Shown here one piece after another: positions 38,452 through 52,300 of a stretch of DNA of 64,000 nt (its first letter is position 1; every line of letters starts with the position of its first letter). A program made the translations under genes and the position numbers. This DNA is from Octopus bimaculoides (taxonomy: Eukaryota): NCBI RefSeq assembly GCF_001194135.2, contig NC_068983.1, positions 42,664,041-42,728,040 of the forward strand. The letters run 5' to 3'. The notes under the pieces were generated by a model that did not search any database, was not told the DNA's origin, and worked only from the letters and a program-made list of their open reading frames with translations.

Positions 38452-39219
38452 TTAATGAAATAATTTATAAAAGCATGTGTGTGTGTGTGTGTGTGTGTGT
38501 GATGGGAGGAGGGTGTCGAAGACAGACCCCTATAAAACATCAACCTCTCTCTTCATGGTAAACAAACTTCACTAATTTCTCCAGATTCCAATTTACTCAT
38601 CCTCCCCAACACACACACACAATGTTATGTATAATTTGTAGACTCCCAGGTGATGCATAATGAATTTCAAAATCCTATTTATATGAATATTAAAGGGGAA
38701 AAAAAAAACACTCAAAAAATAAAAACAAAAGAATTAAATAAAATTAAGATATATGATACATGTAAGTAGTACTTTGAAAAATTCGAAAGGTCTTTTGCAC
38801 AATCTTTATTAATTATCTATTAATTAATAGAAAAGCAAAATATTCATTTCTTCACATATTGTTTTATTCTGTTGTAAATTTACTTCTGTTTTTTTCAAAG
38901 TGCCGTATTTTTGTACTATTGCTTGGCTTATTTTTATTGTTAACCAACAGTCAACGAAATTCTCTTTGATTCTAATTAATGAATTGATACTATTAATAGC
39001 AATTAAAAGAAAAACTGGTACAGGACTATTTTTAAATGAGAAGAGTTCCCAGACAGCTTTTACAAAGAGAAAACTTCATGTAATTGTTAGTGTTGCTATT
39101 CTTTTAACACTAGGTCAGACTTAATCAAGCAAAGTTGTACTCTAAGAATATTAACCCTTTTGTAATCATTTACTTTGCAACTGGTTCAATCATCAGACTA
39201 GAGAGTCAAACAGATCAAC

Positions 39220-39890
39220 AACAGTACTTTCTTTTTCTTGAAAACTTGGTGCTTATTTTATCAGTATCTTTTGTCAAACTGCTAAGTTACAGAGATGTAA
39301 ACACACCAATGCTGCTTGTCAAGCAGAGATGAAGGGCAGACACAAAGACACACACACACATATATATCTGAGACCCCCTTTGGTCATGACTGACCATGGG
39401 ATTGCACCTAGAAAGTTACCCTCCGAGGCACAAGTCCGGGCAAGGTTGTTTATGGAAGACCATCAGTCGCCCATGCATACCGGCCTCCCCTCTCCATGCC
39501 ACCAGTGTTACTTAAGGGAAAGGTGAAGGCCGATACAGCTTGGGACCTGTGACGTTGCAACTCATTACTAAAGCTGAGTAAACTGGAGCAACGTGAAATA
39601 AAGTGTCTTGCTCAAGAACACAACACAGCCCAGTCTGGGATTCGAACTCACAACCTCGCTATTGTAAGCTCGACACCCTAACCACTGAGCCATGCACCTT
39701 CACTCACACACATATATATATATATATATACAAATACAATGGGCTTCTTTCGGTTTCCATCGAAATTTACTCACAAGGCTTTTGTTGGCCCAAAGATAAG
39801 GTAGAAGACACTTGCCCAAGATGCCATGTAGTGAGACTGAACCCAGAACCATGTGGTTGGGAAGCAAAATTCTTACCACACAGCTACTAC
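39220..39890 (-). mobile_element. SINE B interrupted by a full-length SINE E (39370-39690)
   Basis: Family E head gtgaaggtgcatggctcagtggttagggtgtc..gagttcgaatccc (A and B boxes). Confidence 0.8.
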
Positions 39891-40129
39891 TATATTCGTG
39901 TTAAAATGCACTGCCTTTCTTCCACATAATTTTGAAGAATTTAGTAAGATAACTTCATCACTTATTATGCTGTTTTGAATATAAATGAACATAAAATTTC
40001 AAGGGAAGGCTTTGATTTCAAAACTTCACACCTTCCCAAAATGCCATGCAGTGGAATCACACCCAAGACTTCATGGCTGCAAAGTTAACTTTTTTAACCA
40101 TTCAGTCATTCTACCACCTAACTATTTTC

Positions 40130-40480
40130 AAATTTTGGCACAAGGCCAGCAATTTCAGAGGTAGGTGCAAGTTGATTATATCAATCCCAGTACTCAACTG
40201 GTACTTATTTTCTTGACACCCAAAAAACGAAAGGCAAAGTGAACATCAGTGGAATTTGAACTTGGAATGTAAAGACATTTGAAATGCCGATAAGCATTTA
40301 TTTAACCTGGGGTGTTGACAATTCTGCCAGCTTGCCACCTGTTTGGCCCTCTAATATTGATTTCAAACTGCTACTCTGAAAGGATGAAAAGCAATGTTGA
40401 CTTTGATCTCAGAATGTAAAGACGGACAAAATGCCATGAAGCATTTTGCCTGGCATGCTAATGATTCTGCCAGCTTGTCG
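40130..40480 (-). mobile_element. Two tandem SINE C copies
   Basis: Family match. Confidence 0.75.
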
Positions 40481-41124
40481 CTTTTGCATAACTGAATATT
40501 TTAAACTATTTCACTGATCTGATCTGATCTGATCTGGTTTTGCCATCAATTTCTGTCCTGTGCAATAAATATATATCAACTCCAACCAAATGGTGTAGAC
40601 TTAATCCAGACTTATGCAACAACATATCACTCTTAAAAGCTTCAGACAAGCAAAACTAAGATAAAACAACCATTCCCCAGTGGATTACCCACTTAAAAGG
40701 TATAATAGCATTCCACAAGACCATAGATATTCTCTTTGATAAATTAACCAATTCTCCATTGGTTAATCATTAATCACAAGTATACGTAAACTGTTACCAT
40801 TTCTCCTTCATTACGTCTTCTTTCTTTCACTCCCTGTATTTACACATACGGACACATTTGCTCATCTTCTTGGATATTGGGTAGTTGTGGGTGGTTTTGG
40901 AAGGGGTAAGGAAGGTCATTTACGACCAGAAACAAATCTCAATTCCTAATGAAATCATGGGATGGTACTGTCATGCTTCTATCAGGAAATGTTTTTTATT
41001 TAAACACTGCAAAGGTGATATACAAATGTTGCTGTTGCATAATCTCATGCTATGGGATGAGGTGGGGCTTAAGTATGGAGAAGCGCACATGTTCACACCT
41101 AGACAGACAGGTAGATAGATAGGC

Positions 41125-41470
41125 AGATGTGGCTGTGTGGTAAGAAGTTTGCCTCTCAACTACATGGTTCCAGGTTCAGTCCCATTGAGTAGAACCTTGG
41201 GCTAACTAAAGCTTTCTGAGTGGATTTAGTAGATGAAAACTAAAAGAAGCCTGCTAGGAGCCCTACCACGTGCGTGTGTGTTTGTTCCCCACCTCCACTT
41301 GACAGCCGGTGTCAGTTAGTTTACATCCACATAATAGTTTCGCAAAAGAGACCAACAGAATAAACACCAGGCTTAAAAACAAAAAAGGAGTACTGGGATT
41401 GATTCGTTTGACTAAGAGTTCTTCAAGGCATTGCCCCAGCATGGTCACAGTCTATTGACAAAAAGAAGTC
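41125..41470 (+). mobile_element. SINE family B
   Basis: Family match. Confidence 0.8.
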
Positions 41471-42691
41471 GAGGATAAAAGGTACACACACACATGTTGT
41501 AGGGCCCCTAGCAAACTGAGACTGCAACTGAAGTTTGATGATAACACAAGATCATAAAGATAACAGGTAATATGTATAGAAACCATAAAATTTTCACCCT
41601 CACACAAGAGCTCATAAGGTATTCTACTATGCAGTTACATGAGCTACATGAAATAACAGCCAAATCTCCCACAAATCACATCCTAATTGTCTAAATGACA
41701 AATAAACTCTCGATATCAACTCGCTTGAAACTACCCTTGGTTTAATAATACAAGCATCTAGTTTTAAGATGATCTGAGGTAAAACCTTCCATCAAAATTT
41801 CATGATTAATTTATGCTGCAAACATCAGCTTAATAAAGAGAAAGTTATTTTACTAAAATCTTTGTTATTTTCAAAATAAAATGTCACTGTATTTCGAGAG
41901 AAATATAGCAACAAAGGTGTTAAGTAAAACACTTAACAGTGCATAGTAACTACACTTGAGATGGCCACAACAAAGAATGCCTAGTGTTTGCAACCGAAGA
42001 GGAGATAACTACTCCGAAATGCTAGCATCTCACAGTCTAGGTAGATGGCACTGTGAGCTGATCTAGATGAATAAACACCATTCGTCAACAAATGAGATAT
42101 ATTCTCTGTGATAAAACGCAGTGAGTAGCTTGTTCCCCAGTTCGAACGTGCATTAAGCATATTCAGACTGGTAATAAGATTAGTTTTACTTGTCACTGCT
42201 TAGCACTCCCCATCCACCTTTGATCACAGGTCTTCTGAATCAGGCTGATCTGGGATTAAATTGTATTATGACTGTGGGGTAGCAAAGGGCTATGTTTATG
42301 GCCTTTACAATACCTCTGGGGAGATTTCTGCAGTTAACAAGGAAAAGAATATACAAGGGAAGAACATAAAAAGTAAATACAGGGAAGAAAAGTATAAAAA
42401 GGGAGGAAGACCGGTGCAGACTTAGTAGAGGGCTTGATTTTGGATACAATGAGAGAGAAGAAGGAGAGAAACAAGGGAGTGAGGAATATCTGAACGGAAG
42501 TGGAATGAGCCCAAGGTGGTTCCAAGAAGAAGAGGCCAACATCAATTCAGTCAAACAACCATTCTTTGGCTGCTGGCTAAGATGTCTGTGTGTCTAGCAG
42601 CAATGTTTGCTCCAAAGAAGAACATCTCTAATATTATTACCATGCCATGATTGATGCAATAAATTAAATTCTCTTTCGGGAGAACACATAC

Positions 42692-42718
42692 CATCTTCAT
42701 TCTTCAACTTATATTTAC
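42692..42718 (-). CDS. Candidate 27-nt microexon (phase 1-1, gKYKLKNEDg)
   Basis: Pyrimidine tract of about 45 nt, rare GAG acceptor, ATG|GTATGT donor. Confidence 0.3.
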
Positions 42719-43019
42719 CTCAAGCAATAAGAAATTAATAAAAGAAAGAGAAAGGAAAAAAAAAACAAAGAGAAACAATCTAAAAGTAAGGCATCGACTT
42801 TGTACATTTGAGTTTGAGCATTTACGGTTAATTAACTTATCCTGTTAAGTAATATTTCTGGAATCAGAATGTGTTGTGTAGGTGTGAGTGTGTGTAAACA
42901 TAAATACATAAACACATAAATGTACATACACACAAAAGCATACATGCATACATGACTTTAGCCTGAAGAAGGTGTTGAGAATTCAACAATGCTATGCAGA
43001 TAAATCTAAGAAATAGACG

Positions 43020-44234
43020 CAAGTATAGCTGTGTGGTGAAGAAGCTCACTCTGCAAATCATATGGTTTGGAGTTTGGTCCCATTGCTTGGCAATTTGGAC
43101 CAGTGTCTTCTACTGTTGCTCTGAGACAACCAATGTCTTCTCAGTGAATCTGGTAGATGATACTGTCTGGATGCACATCATATGTGTGTGTGCGCTATGT
43201 AAAAAGTGCTGGTGCCATGTAAAAAGCACCCAGTACACAATAGAAAGTGGCAGGTATTAGGAAGGGCATCTAGCTGTAGAAACCATGCCAAAACTGACTG
43301 TGGAGCCCAGTATGGTACTCAGCCTTACCAGTTCCTATCAAACTGTTCAAGACCATTCTAGCATGGAAAATGGACAATGTGTGTCTGTGCATGCGTCTGT
43401 GACTGTCTGTCATCCCACTCCACTGCTTGACAACTGGTGTTGGTCTGTTTACATCCCTGTAGACTTAACAGCTCAGCAAAAGAGACCACTAGAATAAGAA
43501 TCAGATTCGGGAATTAGAATCAATTTGTTCACCAAAACCCTTCAAGGCAGCGCCCCTGAAATAAGTAACAGTTAAAAGAAGACAGGGCATGGCTGGTATT
43601 TCAATATACAGTGCTTTGATTTTAGATTATACTGTTTCCAAATGTTGGAAATCTATTCATTCAGATATTGAAGAACACAAGAAGAATGGTAACATAATGA
43701 AGATACATGAATAGGCATGGCTGTGGAAGAGGCTTGCTTCCCAACCACATATTTCTAGGTTCAGTCCCACTGTGTGGAACCTTGGGCAAATAATCTATTA
43801 TAGCCTTGGTCCAACCAAAGCCTTGTGAATGGATTTGGTAAATGGAAACTGAAAGAAGCCTGTCTTTTATATATATATATATATATATAGATACACACAC
43901 ACACACACACACATAAAACTGTGTGTCTTTCTGTTGGTCCCCCACTGGTATTTAACCAGTGTTGGTGTGTTTTATATGCTGAAACATAATTACCTTTGAG
44001 AGATTTTAACAAGATGTTTTTGTTGGCTTAAGTGGTCTTGAGATTCAGATCTTTCATTAGTTTCGATTTTACAGCAAACTGACACCCACCCAAGAATACT
44101 CCTTTCCTCTTGAGATTTCCTTGAAGAGAGACAGAACGACTAAGATCAGTTTCTACTACTTGACCTTTGTCTGTTAGTCTGGTTTCCGCAAGTATGGTGA
44201 GGTTTGCACTGAATTTCATCATCTAAAGGGCAAC

Positions 44235-44265
<31 letters not shown>

Positions 44266-44670
44266 GTTGTCGTCGTTTAATGTCTGCTTTCCATACTGGC
44301 AGTGGTTTGACTGATGGCTAGCAAGCCAGAAGGCTGGACCAGGCTCCAATATGATCTGGCAATGTTTCTACAGCTGGATGCCCTTCCTAATGCCAACCAC
44401 TCCAAGTGTGTAATGGGTGCTTTTTACATGCCACCGGCACGAGGGCCAGTCAGGCGGTATTAGCATCGGCCATTCTTGAATGGTGCTTTTTACATGCCAC
44501 CGGCATGGGAGCCAGCCAGGCAGCACTGGCAAAGACCACACTTGAATGGTGCTTTTTCACATGCCACCAGCATGAGATTGGTCAGCCAGCACTGGCATCA
44601 ACTACGCTTGAATGGTACTTTTTACATTCCACCAGCATGGGAGCCAGTCAGGTGGCACAGGAAATGGTCT
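43020..44670. mobile_element. Cluster of SINE B copies, an RTE tail (43195-43380 +) and an RTE 3' end with four 66-bp units (44233-44670 -)
   Basis: Units start at 44417, 44483, 44549 and 44615. Confidence 0.8.
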
Positions 44671-44803
44671 GTCTAAATTCACCTTGTTTTTTTAGAGTCC
44701 AACTATTTCATGTTCCTGTAAGCAAAAGGTTATCTGATCTTTTACTTGTTTCAATCACTGGATGACCACCATGTTGGGGAGCCACTTTGAAGGGATTAGT
44801 TAA

Positions 44804-45021
44804 CCCTTTAGCATCCAGATTGTTCTGTTAAATGTATTGCTTATTTATTCACATTGTCTTGAATGAACCATGCATTCTCTTGTAACGTTGAGATCTTGAT
44901 GATGTGATTGTCTATTTTTAGGGTATTGAAACATAAGTGTGATAGGCCGGATCTGGCTGGTTCTGAACATAAAACAGGCAGCATATTTGGGATGGATATG
45001 GTTGGTTTAAATGCTAAAGGG
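44804..45021. mobile_element. piggyBac-type MITE (218 bp)
   Basis: TTAA|ccctttagcat..atgctaaaggg|TTAA, perfect 11-bp TIR. Confidence 0.85.
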
Positions 45022-45049
45022 TTAAACAAATAAATTCCAGTACAAACTT

Positions 45050-46065
45050 CTTTTCAAATCTGATACCTATTCTGTCAGTCTCATTTGCAAAATCACCTGA
45101 GTAACAAGAACATAAACAAACCAACACCAGTCATGAAGCAGTGGGGAGGGGACAAACAGACACACAGACAATGGGCTTCCACACAGTTTCCATCTACCAA
45201 ATTCACTTAAACAATATTGGCCAAGGAGCTGCACAGTGGGACTGAAACTAAGACCACATAGCTAGGAAGCTGGCTTCTTAGCTACACACCCACATTTTAC
45301 ATATCCTTTTGTTCTTTAACTTTGTCATTTGATTGCAGCTATACTGGAACACTGCCTTTAGTTGAAGAAATCGACCCCAGGACTTATTCTTTGTAACCCT
45401 AGTACTTATTCTATTGGTTTCTTTTGCCAAACTGCTAAGTTATGGGGTCGTAAACACACCAGCATCAGTTGTCAAGCGATGGTGGGAGGACAGACAGACA
45501 CACATACATGCATATATATATATATATATATACGATGGGCTTCTTTCAATTTCCATCTAATCCATTCACAAGACTTTGGTCAGCCCAAAGCTATAGTAGA
45601 ACACACTTTCCCAAGGTGCCACGCAGTGGGACTGAACCTGGAACCATGTGATTGGGAAGCAAGCTACTTACCACACAGCCATGCCTGAGATATATATATA
45701 TATATATATCTTTTACTTGTTTCAGTCATCAGACTACAGCCATGCTATGGTACTACCTTGAAGAATTTCAGTTGAACAAACTGAACACAGCACTTGTTCT
45801 TAAATCTGGTATTTATTATTAACAGACTCTTATGCCAAACCACTAAGTTACAAGGACATAAATAAACCAACACCAGTTGTCAAGCGGTGGTTGCAAACAC
45901 AGACCCAAACGCGATGGATTTGTTTCAGTTTCCGTCCACCAAATCTACTCACAAGGCTTTGGTTGGCCCCAAGGCTATAGAAGACACTTGCCATGGTGCC
46001 ATGCAGTGGAACTGAACCCAGAACCATGGTATTGGAAATCAAGCTTCTTACCACTGAGCCACACT
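45050..46065 (-). mobile_element. Three tandem SINE B copies
   Basis: 45050-45290, 45310-45685 and 45710-46065, all in the same orientation. Confidence 0.8.
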
Positions 46066-46470
46066 TATAATGCATAGACAGCACATATATCAAGCATGCC
46101 TTTTATATTCTTTAACCAACTTATAGAACTGAACACAACTAAGTCAAAAAAAGATATTTTCTTTATGACAAAATTTATAACAATCTATATGACAACACTT
46201 TTTCCAACTGAAATTCTACCTGCAATAGGAGCACAGTATACAGTGACAGCATCTACTTGTATATTCATGAAGCTGTAATGTCTTCAGAGCTGATAATTTC
46301 TGAATTATATAGAGTAAAGAACTTCCTATGTTATTGTCACCTGCGTATGTCTAGCAATTGCTAGGTTACGTCTTTTTTCAAAGATGAAGATAGACTGGTC
46401 CAGAATATCTTATCTTTTATCATAAACAATACACACACACACACACTTAGACATTTCAACAGAAATTAAT

Positions 46471-46503
<33 letters not shown>

Positions 46504-46739
46504 AGCATATGTGCATTAGCAAACAAAAATGATATGTTTTGGTAAAAGTATATACGAACACACAGCCACATAAACAAATCTATAAAGGTACATATATATT
46601 TATATCTGTGAAAATGTGTGTGTATGTATGTATATACACACAGACATATATATAGACAAGCACATAAACGTGCACAGGCATATTTATAAACACACAAACA
46701 AGCATATTAAAGTGCAAGTATGTAAGTTTATACATGAGG

Positions 46740-46740
46740 T

Positions 46741-46799
<59 letters not shown>

Positions 46800-46915
46800 C
46801 AGATAGATAGATAGATAAATAGATAGATAAATAGATAGATAGATAGATAGATAGATAGATCCATGTACACAGAAGCACATACATGTGTATACACACACAC
46901 ACACACACACACAAG
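46740..46915. repeat. Compound microsatellite (TG)n(TA)n(TAGA)n(CA)n
   Basis: Seen directly. Confidence 0.95.
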
Positions 46916-47577
46916 CACATACATAGAGATCTGTTTGATGTAATGAAGAAAAATTAGAAAGATTACCTTGATTCATCAAGAATAAAAGAATGGTAAATTC
47001 TTTGTCTCACAGAAGAAGCATTTTAAGCAACGTCCAAATAAGTAGTTATTGATGCTAAAATATTTGTAGTTGTGGAAGCTGACAAGTCAATGAAATGAGA
47101 AGCAAGAATCTAGAATTCTAACAGCCACACAGTGGAAGCCAGAATATGAGAGACAACATGAATAACAAAAGAAAAACAGAAGAGACTCCATTTTCTTTAA
47201 TTATCATCGCCATAGAAACGGAGGTATGTAATAATGGGAACAGTTAAACTGATTCAAACAAAGAAATATGTCTTTCTTTTAAAGGAATTGAAAAATATTA
47301 ACTTGACAGCATAAGTTTCCATGGAATTCATATGAAGTGGCTGGCAGTCATTCTATTGATACATAAAAGAATAAAGATTTTAAAAAAACAACTCCAGCAG
47401 AATCTGAACTTGGAATCAAAATATATTTTCGTGTTGTTCCAATTCTATTGNNNNNNNNNNNNNNNNNNNNNNNNNNNNNNNNNNNNNNNNNNNNNNNNNN
47501 NNNNNNNNNNNNNNNNNNNNNNNNNNNNNNNNNNNNNNNNNNNNNNNNNNNNNNNNNNNNNNNNNNNNNNNNNNNNN

Positions 47578-48985
47578 ATGAAATACCATCAAGCATTTCG
47601 CCCGGCATGCTAACGTTTCTTATTTCTTCATTGCCCACAAGGGGCTAAACATAGAAGGGACAAACAAGGACAGACAAAGGGATTAAGTCGATTACATCGA
47701 CCCCAGTGCATAACTGGTACTTAATTTATCGACCCCAGTGCATAACTGGTACTTAATTTATCGACCCAGAAAGGATGAAAGGCAAAGTCGACTTCGGCGG
47801 AATTTGAACTCAGAACGTAGCGGCAGACGAAATACTGCTAAGCATTTCGTCCAACATGCTAACGTTTCTGCCAGCTCGCCACCTTAAGAAGAATTTCAAA
47901 TTTTGGCACAAGGTCAGCAATTTTAGGGGAGGGAACAAGTTAATTGCCTCGAATCCCAGTGTTCAACTGGTACTCATTTTAGCAACCCCAAGAGCACAAA
48001 AGGCAAAGTTGGCCTCCGCAGAATTTGAACTCAGAATGTAGATATATGAAATGCCTTTAAGCATTTTGCCCAGTGTGCTAATGATTCTGCTAGCTTGCTG
48101 CCCTAAATGCAATGAGAATAATCCTTTCTACTATAGGCACAAGGCCTGAAATTTTGGGGAGAGAGGGCTAATTGATTACATCAACCCCAGTGTTCCACCG
48201 GTACTTATTTCATCAACCCCAAAAGGGTGAAAGGTGAAGTTGACCATGGCACAATTTGAACTCAAAATACAAACGCAGATGAAATGCCACTAACTATTTT
48301 GTTTGGTGGGCTAACAATTCTGCCAGCTCACCATTTTGAAGAATAACGGTTTCAAGTTTTGACACAGGGCCAGCAATATTATGAGATGGGGTAAGTTGAT
48401 TACATCAAACCCAGTGTTCGATGAGACTTGTTTTAATGACTCCAAAAGAGTAAAACGTAAAGTTGACCTCAGAACAAAGACAGACAAAATGCCACTAAGC
48501 AGTTTGTCCAGTGCACTGACAATCCTGCCACCGCATCAGTTTGAATAATAATAATAATTCTTTCTCCTATATGCACAAGGCCTGAAGTTTTGAGTGTGGA
48601 GGCTGGTCAATTACATTTGACACCCCGTACTCAATATCAACCCAACTCCCCCCACCACCAAAAAAAGAGGATCAAAGACAAAGTTGACCTCAGCAGAATT
48701 CTAAAACATACAAACCCAAAAGAAATGTCACCAAGTATTTCGTCTGATGCATTAGTTATTCTTCCAGCCAATTGCCTTAAATAATTTTTTTCTATTATAA
48801 GCACTAAGCTTGAAATTTTGTGGGATAATTATGTTGACCCTAGCACTGAACTGGTGTTTACATGATCAAATCTGAAAAGATGAAAGCAAAATCGACTTCG
48901 GAAGCATTTGAACTCAAAACAAACACGGATGAAGTGCCACCAAGCATTTTGTCTGGAGTATTAACAATTCAGCCAGCTCATCACC
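47578..48985 (-). mobile_element. Head-to-tail array of about seven SINE C copies
   Basis: ~200-230 bp periodicity; the youngest copy has a 32-bp internal duplication (47696/47728). Confidence 0.85.
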
Positions 48986-49145
48986 TTCATTGCCTTAAAT
49001 CAGCATTTCTCCACCGGGTATTATGTTATGTGTTCATATTGAGCTGTGGAAGACATCTTCCACAACTCAATATGAACACACCACTTAATATAGAACACTA
49101 CCAACCTTTCAATTAATACCACTAACCTCCATACATCCCATACAC

Positions 49146-49420
49146 CAGGGGTTTTCAAACTGTGGTTCGCGGACCACAGGGGGTCCGTGGACAGCAAATC
49201 CTTTTTATGGGCAATTTGATTTCATATATGTTTTTTAATTGAAATCTTTTAATTGACAATAAACCTATTTGTTAAATACTGTTAAATAAATAAATGTAAA
49301 AATATATGTTATTTTAAGCAAATATTTCTGTATAAATTTCATAAGCGTTAATAAGGGGGTCCCTAAGGTAAAGCCTGAAATATAAAGGGGTCAGCAAGTC
49401 AAAAAGCTTGAAAACCCCTG
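49146..49420. mobile_element. hAT/Charlie MITE (275 bp)
   Basis: TIR caggggttttcaa / ttgaaaacccctg; perfect 8-bp TSD ccatacac. Confidence 0.9.
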
Positions 49421-50057
49421 CCATACACCATTCACATTACAGATTTATATCTACCCTAATTGCACCAAATCCAGAACTTCTTTTCCTTACACATAATCTT
49501 TTGACTCAGAGATTAGTAGACCCGACACCGTTCAGTAATCGGAGCACATTCAAAGCAGTGATCAGTAATTTTACGAAACCAGTATGCCTTTGAATCTCTA
49601 ACAATTCACAATAATGACTCACGTAAAAGCACCCACTACATTCTCGGAGTGGTTGGCATTAGGAAGGGCATCCAGCTGTAGAAACTCTGCCAGATCAGAT
49701 TGGAGCCTGGTGCAGCCATCTGGTTCACAAGTCCTCAGTCAATATGAGAAAGATATGGCATATAATTTTTTTTGCTTGTGCAGGGGTCCCTTGAGACAGT
49801 TTATTTTAAGGGTTACACAGAAGGGTAAAAGGGTTGAGAAACACTAGTCTAATGTTTAAATTAATTTAAAGTAAATGTACATGTCTCTTACTAGACAATA
49901 TATGGTTATTTATTTTTTTTCCATTTTAATTCAAATATTTACATCCCACAGTGTTGTATAATGTAATCAGAAGTTAATTTATATTTGGTGATCCACAAAG
50001 ACCTCATGGACATTATGGCGCACACTCTGAAAGAGTTGGTCTATCAATACTGTAGAC

Positions 50058-50334
50058 CAGTGGTTTCCAAAGTGGGTGGTATTCCCACCCTGGGTTGGTG
50101 GAAATTTCCAAGGGGGCGTTGAAGAAAAGTGGGGCGATAATGGGGTGGCAATTCATGTAAAAGCAACAACATAATGGGTTCATTAGGTTAATTTTTTTTT
50201 GTGAAAATACAGTTGCTTTGAATTTGCTTCAGAAAAAGGTCTATGTTTGCGATTGTTAGTTGGGGTGGGGGATGCTAGAAATGTGGCCTGGGTGTCAAGG
50301 GGGGCAGCAGCCCAAAAAAGTTTGGGAACTACTA
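50058..50334. mobile_element. hAT/Charlie MITE
   Basis: cagtggtttccaaa..tttgggaactacta; TSD ctgtagac/ctgtagag. Confidence 0.75.
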
Positions 50335-50361
50335 CTGTAGAGTACAGGAGGATGACTTAAC

Positions 50362-50595
50362 CCAGTACTTCTCAAGCAGGGTCCACATATGATTTTGTTA
50401 AAATTTATGTGCAATAAACTGATTATAACTTCTACAATACACAAAATACTTAAACATTATTTTGATGCAATTTTGATACATTATTTTGATTACAAAAATA
50501 TCATTTTTTTTAAAACATTGAATGCTTATTAGGGTCCAGTACAGTAAAATAGGAATCAAAGATGTCAGTAGACAAAAAAAGGGGTTCAGAAACCC
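50362..50595. mobile_element. hAT-type MITE, decayed
   Basis: Shares its body with 13880 and 55967. Confidence 0.55.
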
Positions 50596-52059
50596 TGACT
50601 TAATCTAACACCTGATTTAACACCACCACCATTGAGTCTTTGGATTACCCCAAATAGAGTCCTATTTGTGGCTAACATTCAGGCCAGAACCTCAGGTTGA
50701 GGATAATTATTTCTTCTGTTTGTTCCACCAGTCACAAAGACCACTCCTAAAAGGATCATAAACAGGACCCTTTTTTTAAAAAAGTAAACCATTAAATAAA
50801 GTAAAATAAATAAACAGGCCAGTGCCCCAGCATGATCACAGCTTATGAGCTGTAACAAGTAAAAGAAAAGTCAGTCATAAACACAGGAAAATTAATTAGA
50901 CTTTGCACTAAACTCCGCCAGTTAGTTTCACTTAGAATAACAAAGCAAAAGTTGTCAACAGATTTTTCAAAACAATATTCAGCTTAAAAGAAACAATGCG
51001 TTTCAGATCTTTTTTTTTTTTCTTTTTCTAATTTTCAATATATCAAGAGGNNNNNNNNNNNNNNNNNNNNNNNNNNNNNNNNNNNNNNNNNNNNNNNNNN
51101 NNNNNNNNNNNNNNNNNNNNNNNNNNNNNNNNNNNNNNNNNNNNNNNNNNNNNNNNNNNNNNNNNNNNNNNNNNNNNNNNNNNNNNNNNNNNNNNNNNNN
51201 NNNNNNNNNNNNNNNNNNNNNNNNNNNNNNNNNNNNNNNNNNNNNNNNNNNNNNNNNNNNNNNNNNNNNNNNNNNNNNNNNNNNNNNNNNNNNNNNNNNN
51301 NNNNNNNNNNNNNNNNNNNNNNNNNNNNNNNNNNNNNNNNNNNNNNNNNNNNNNNNNNNNNNNNNNNNNNNNNNNNNNNNNNNNNNNNNNNNNNNNNNNN
51401 NNNNNNNNNNNNNNNNNNNNNNNNNNNNNNNNNNNNNNNNNNNNNNNNNNNNNNNNNNNNNNNNNNNNNNNNNNNNNNNNNNNNNNNNNNNNNNNNNNNN
51501 NNNNNNNNNNNNNNNNNNNNNNNNNNNNNNNNNNNNNNNNNNNNNNNNNNNNNNNNNNNNNNNNNNNNNNNNNNNNNNNNNNNNNNNNNNNNNNNNNNNN
51601 NNNNNNNNNNNNNNNNNNNNNNNNNNNNNNNNNNNNNNNNNNNNNNNNNNNNNNNNNNNNNNNNNNNNNNNNNNNNNNNNNNNNNNNNNNNNNNNNNNNN
51701 NNNNNNNNNNNNNNNNNNNNNNNNNNNNNNNNNNNNNNNNNNNNNNNNNNNNNNNNNNNNNNNNNNNNNNNNNNNNNNNNNNNNNNNNNNNNNNNNNNNN
51801 NNNNNNNNNNNNNNNNNNNNNNNNNNNNNNNNNNNNNNNNNNNNNNNNNNNNNNNNNNNNNNNNNNNNNNNNNNNNNNNNNNNNNNNNNNNNNNNNNNNN
51901 NNNNNNNNNNNNNNNNNNNNNNNNNNNNNNNNNNNNNNNNNNNNNNNNNNNNNNNNNNNNNNNNNNNNNNNNNNNNNNNNNNNNNNNNNNNNNNNNNGTA
52001 TACCCAGATTACATATACTCCATCTCCACCCTTTTTTATTATTATTTTAAACACTACTT

Positions 52060-52300
52060 ACTCTATTCATCTCTTTTGCCCAAACACTAAGTTAAGGGGA
52101 CGTAAACATAGCAACACCAGTTATCAAGCGGTGGTGGGGAACAAACACACACACACACACATACATACACGTGCTGCTTTCAGTTTCCATCTACGAAATC
52201 TAACAAGAATTTCGCAGACCCGAAGCAATAGTAGGAAACTCCTGCCCAAGTGTCATACAGAGGGACTGAACCCGGAACCATGTGGTTCGAAAGCAAACTT
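52060..52300 (-). mobile_element. SINE B, CpGs retained
   Basis: Family match. Confidence 0.75.

Noticed and set aside
39620-39690. tRNA genes at SINE heads (also 26770-26835, 33400-33460 and 57830-57880)
   Set aside because: A/B boxes are present, but there is no complete cloverleaf or acceptor stem and each continues into a SINE body.
41981-42560. Possible integrase or LINE remnant
   Set aside because: Motifs too degraded to assign; multiple stops.
51035-52054. 339-aa ORF
   Set aside because: Almost entirely an N-gap (51051-51998).
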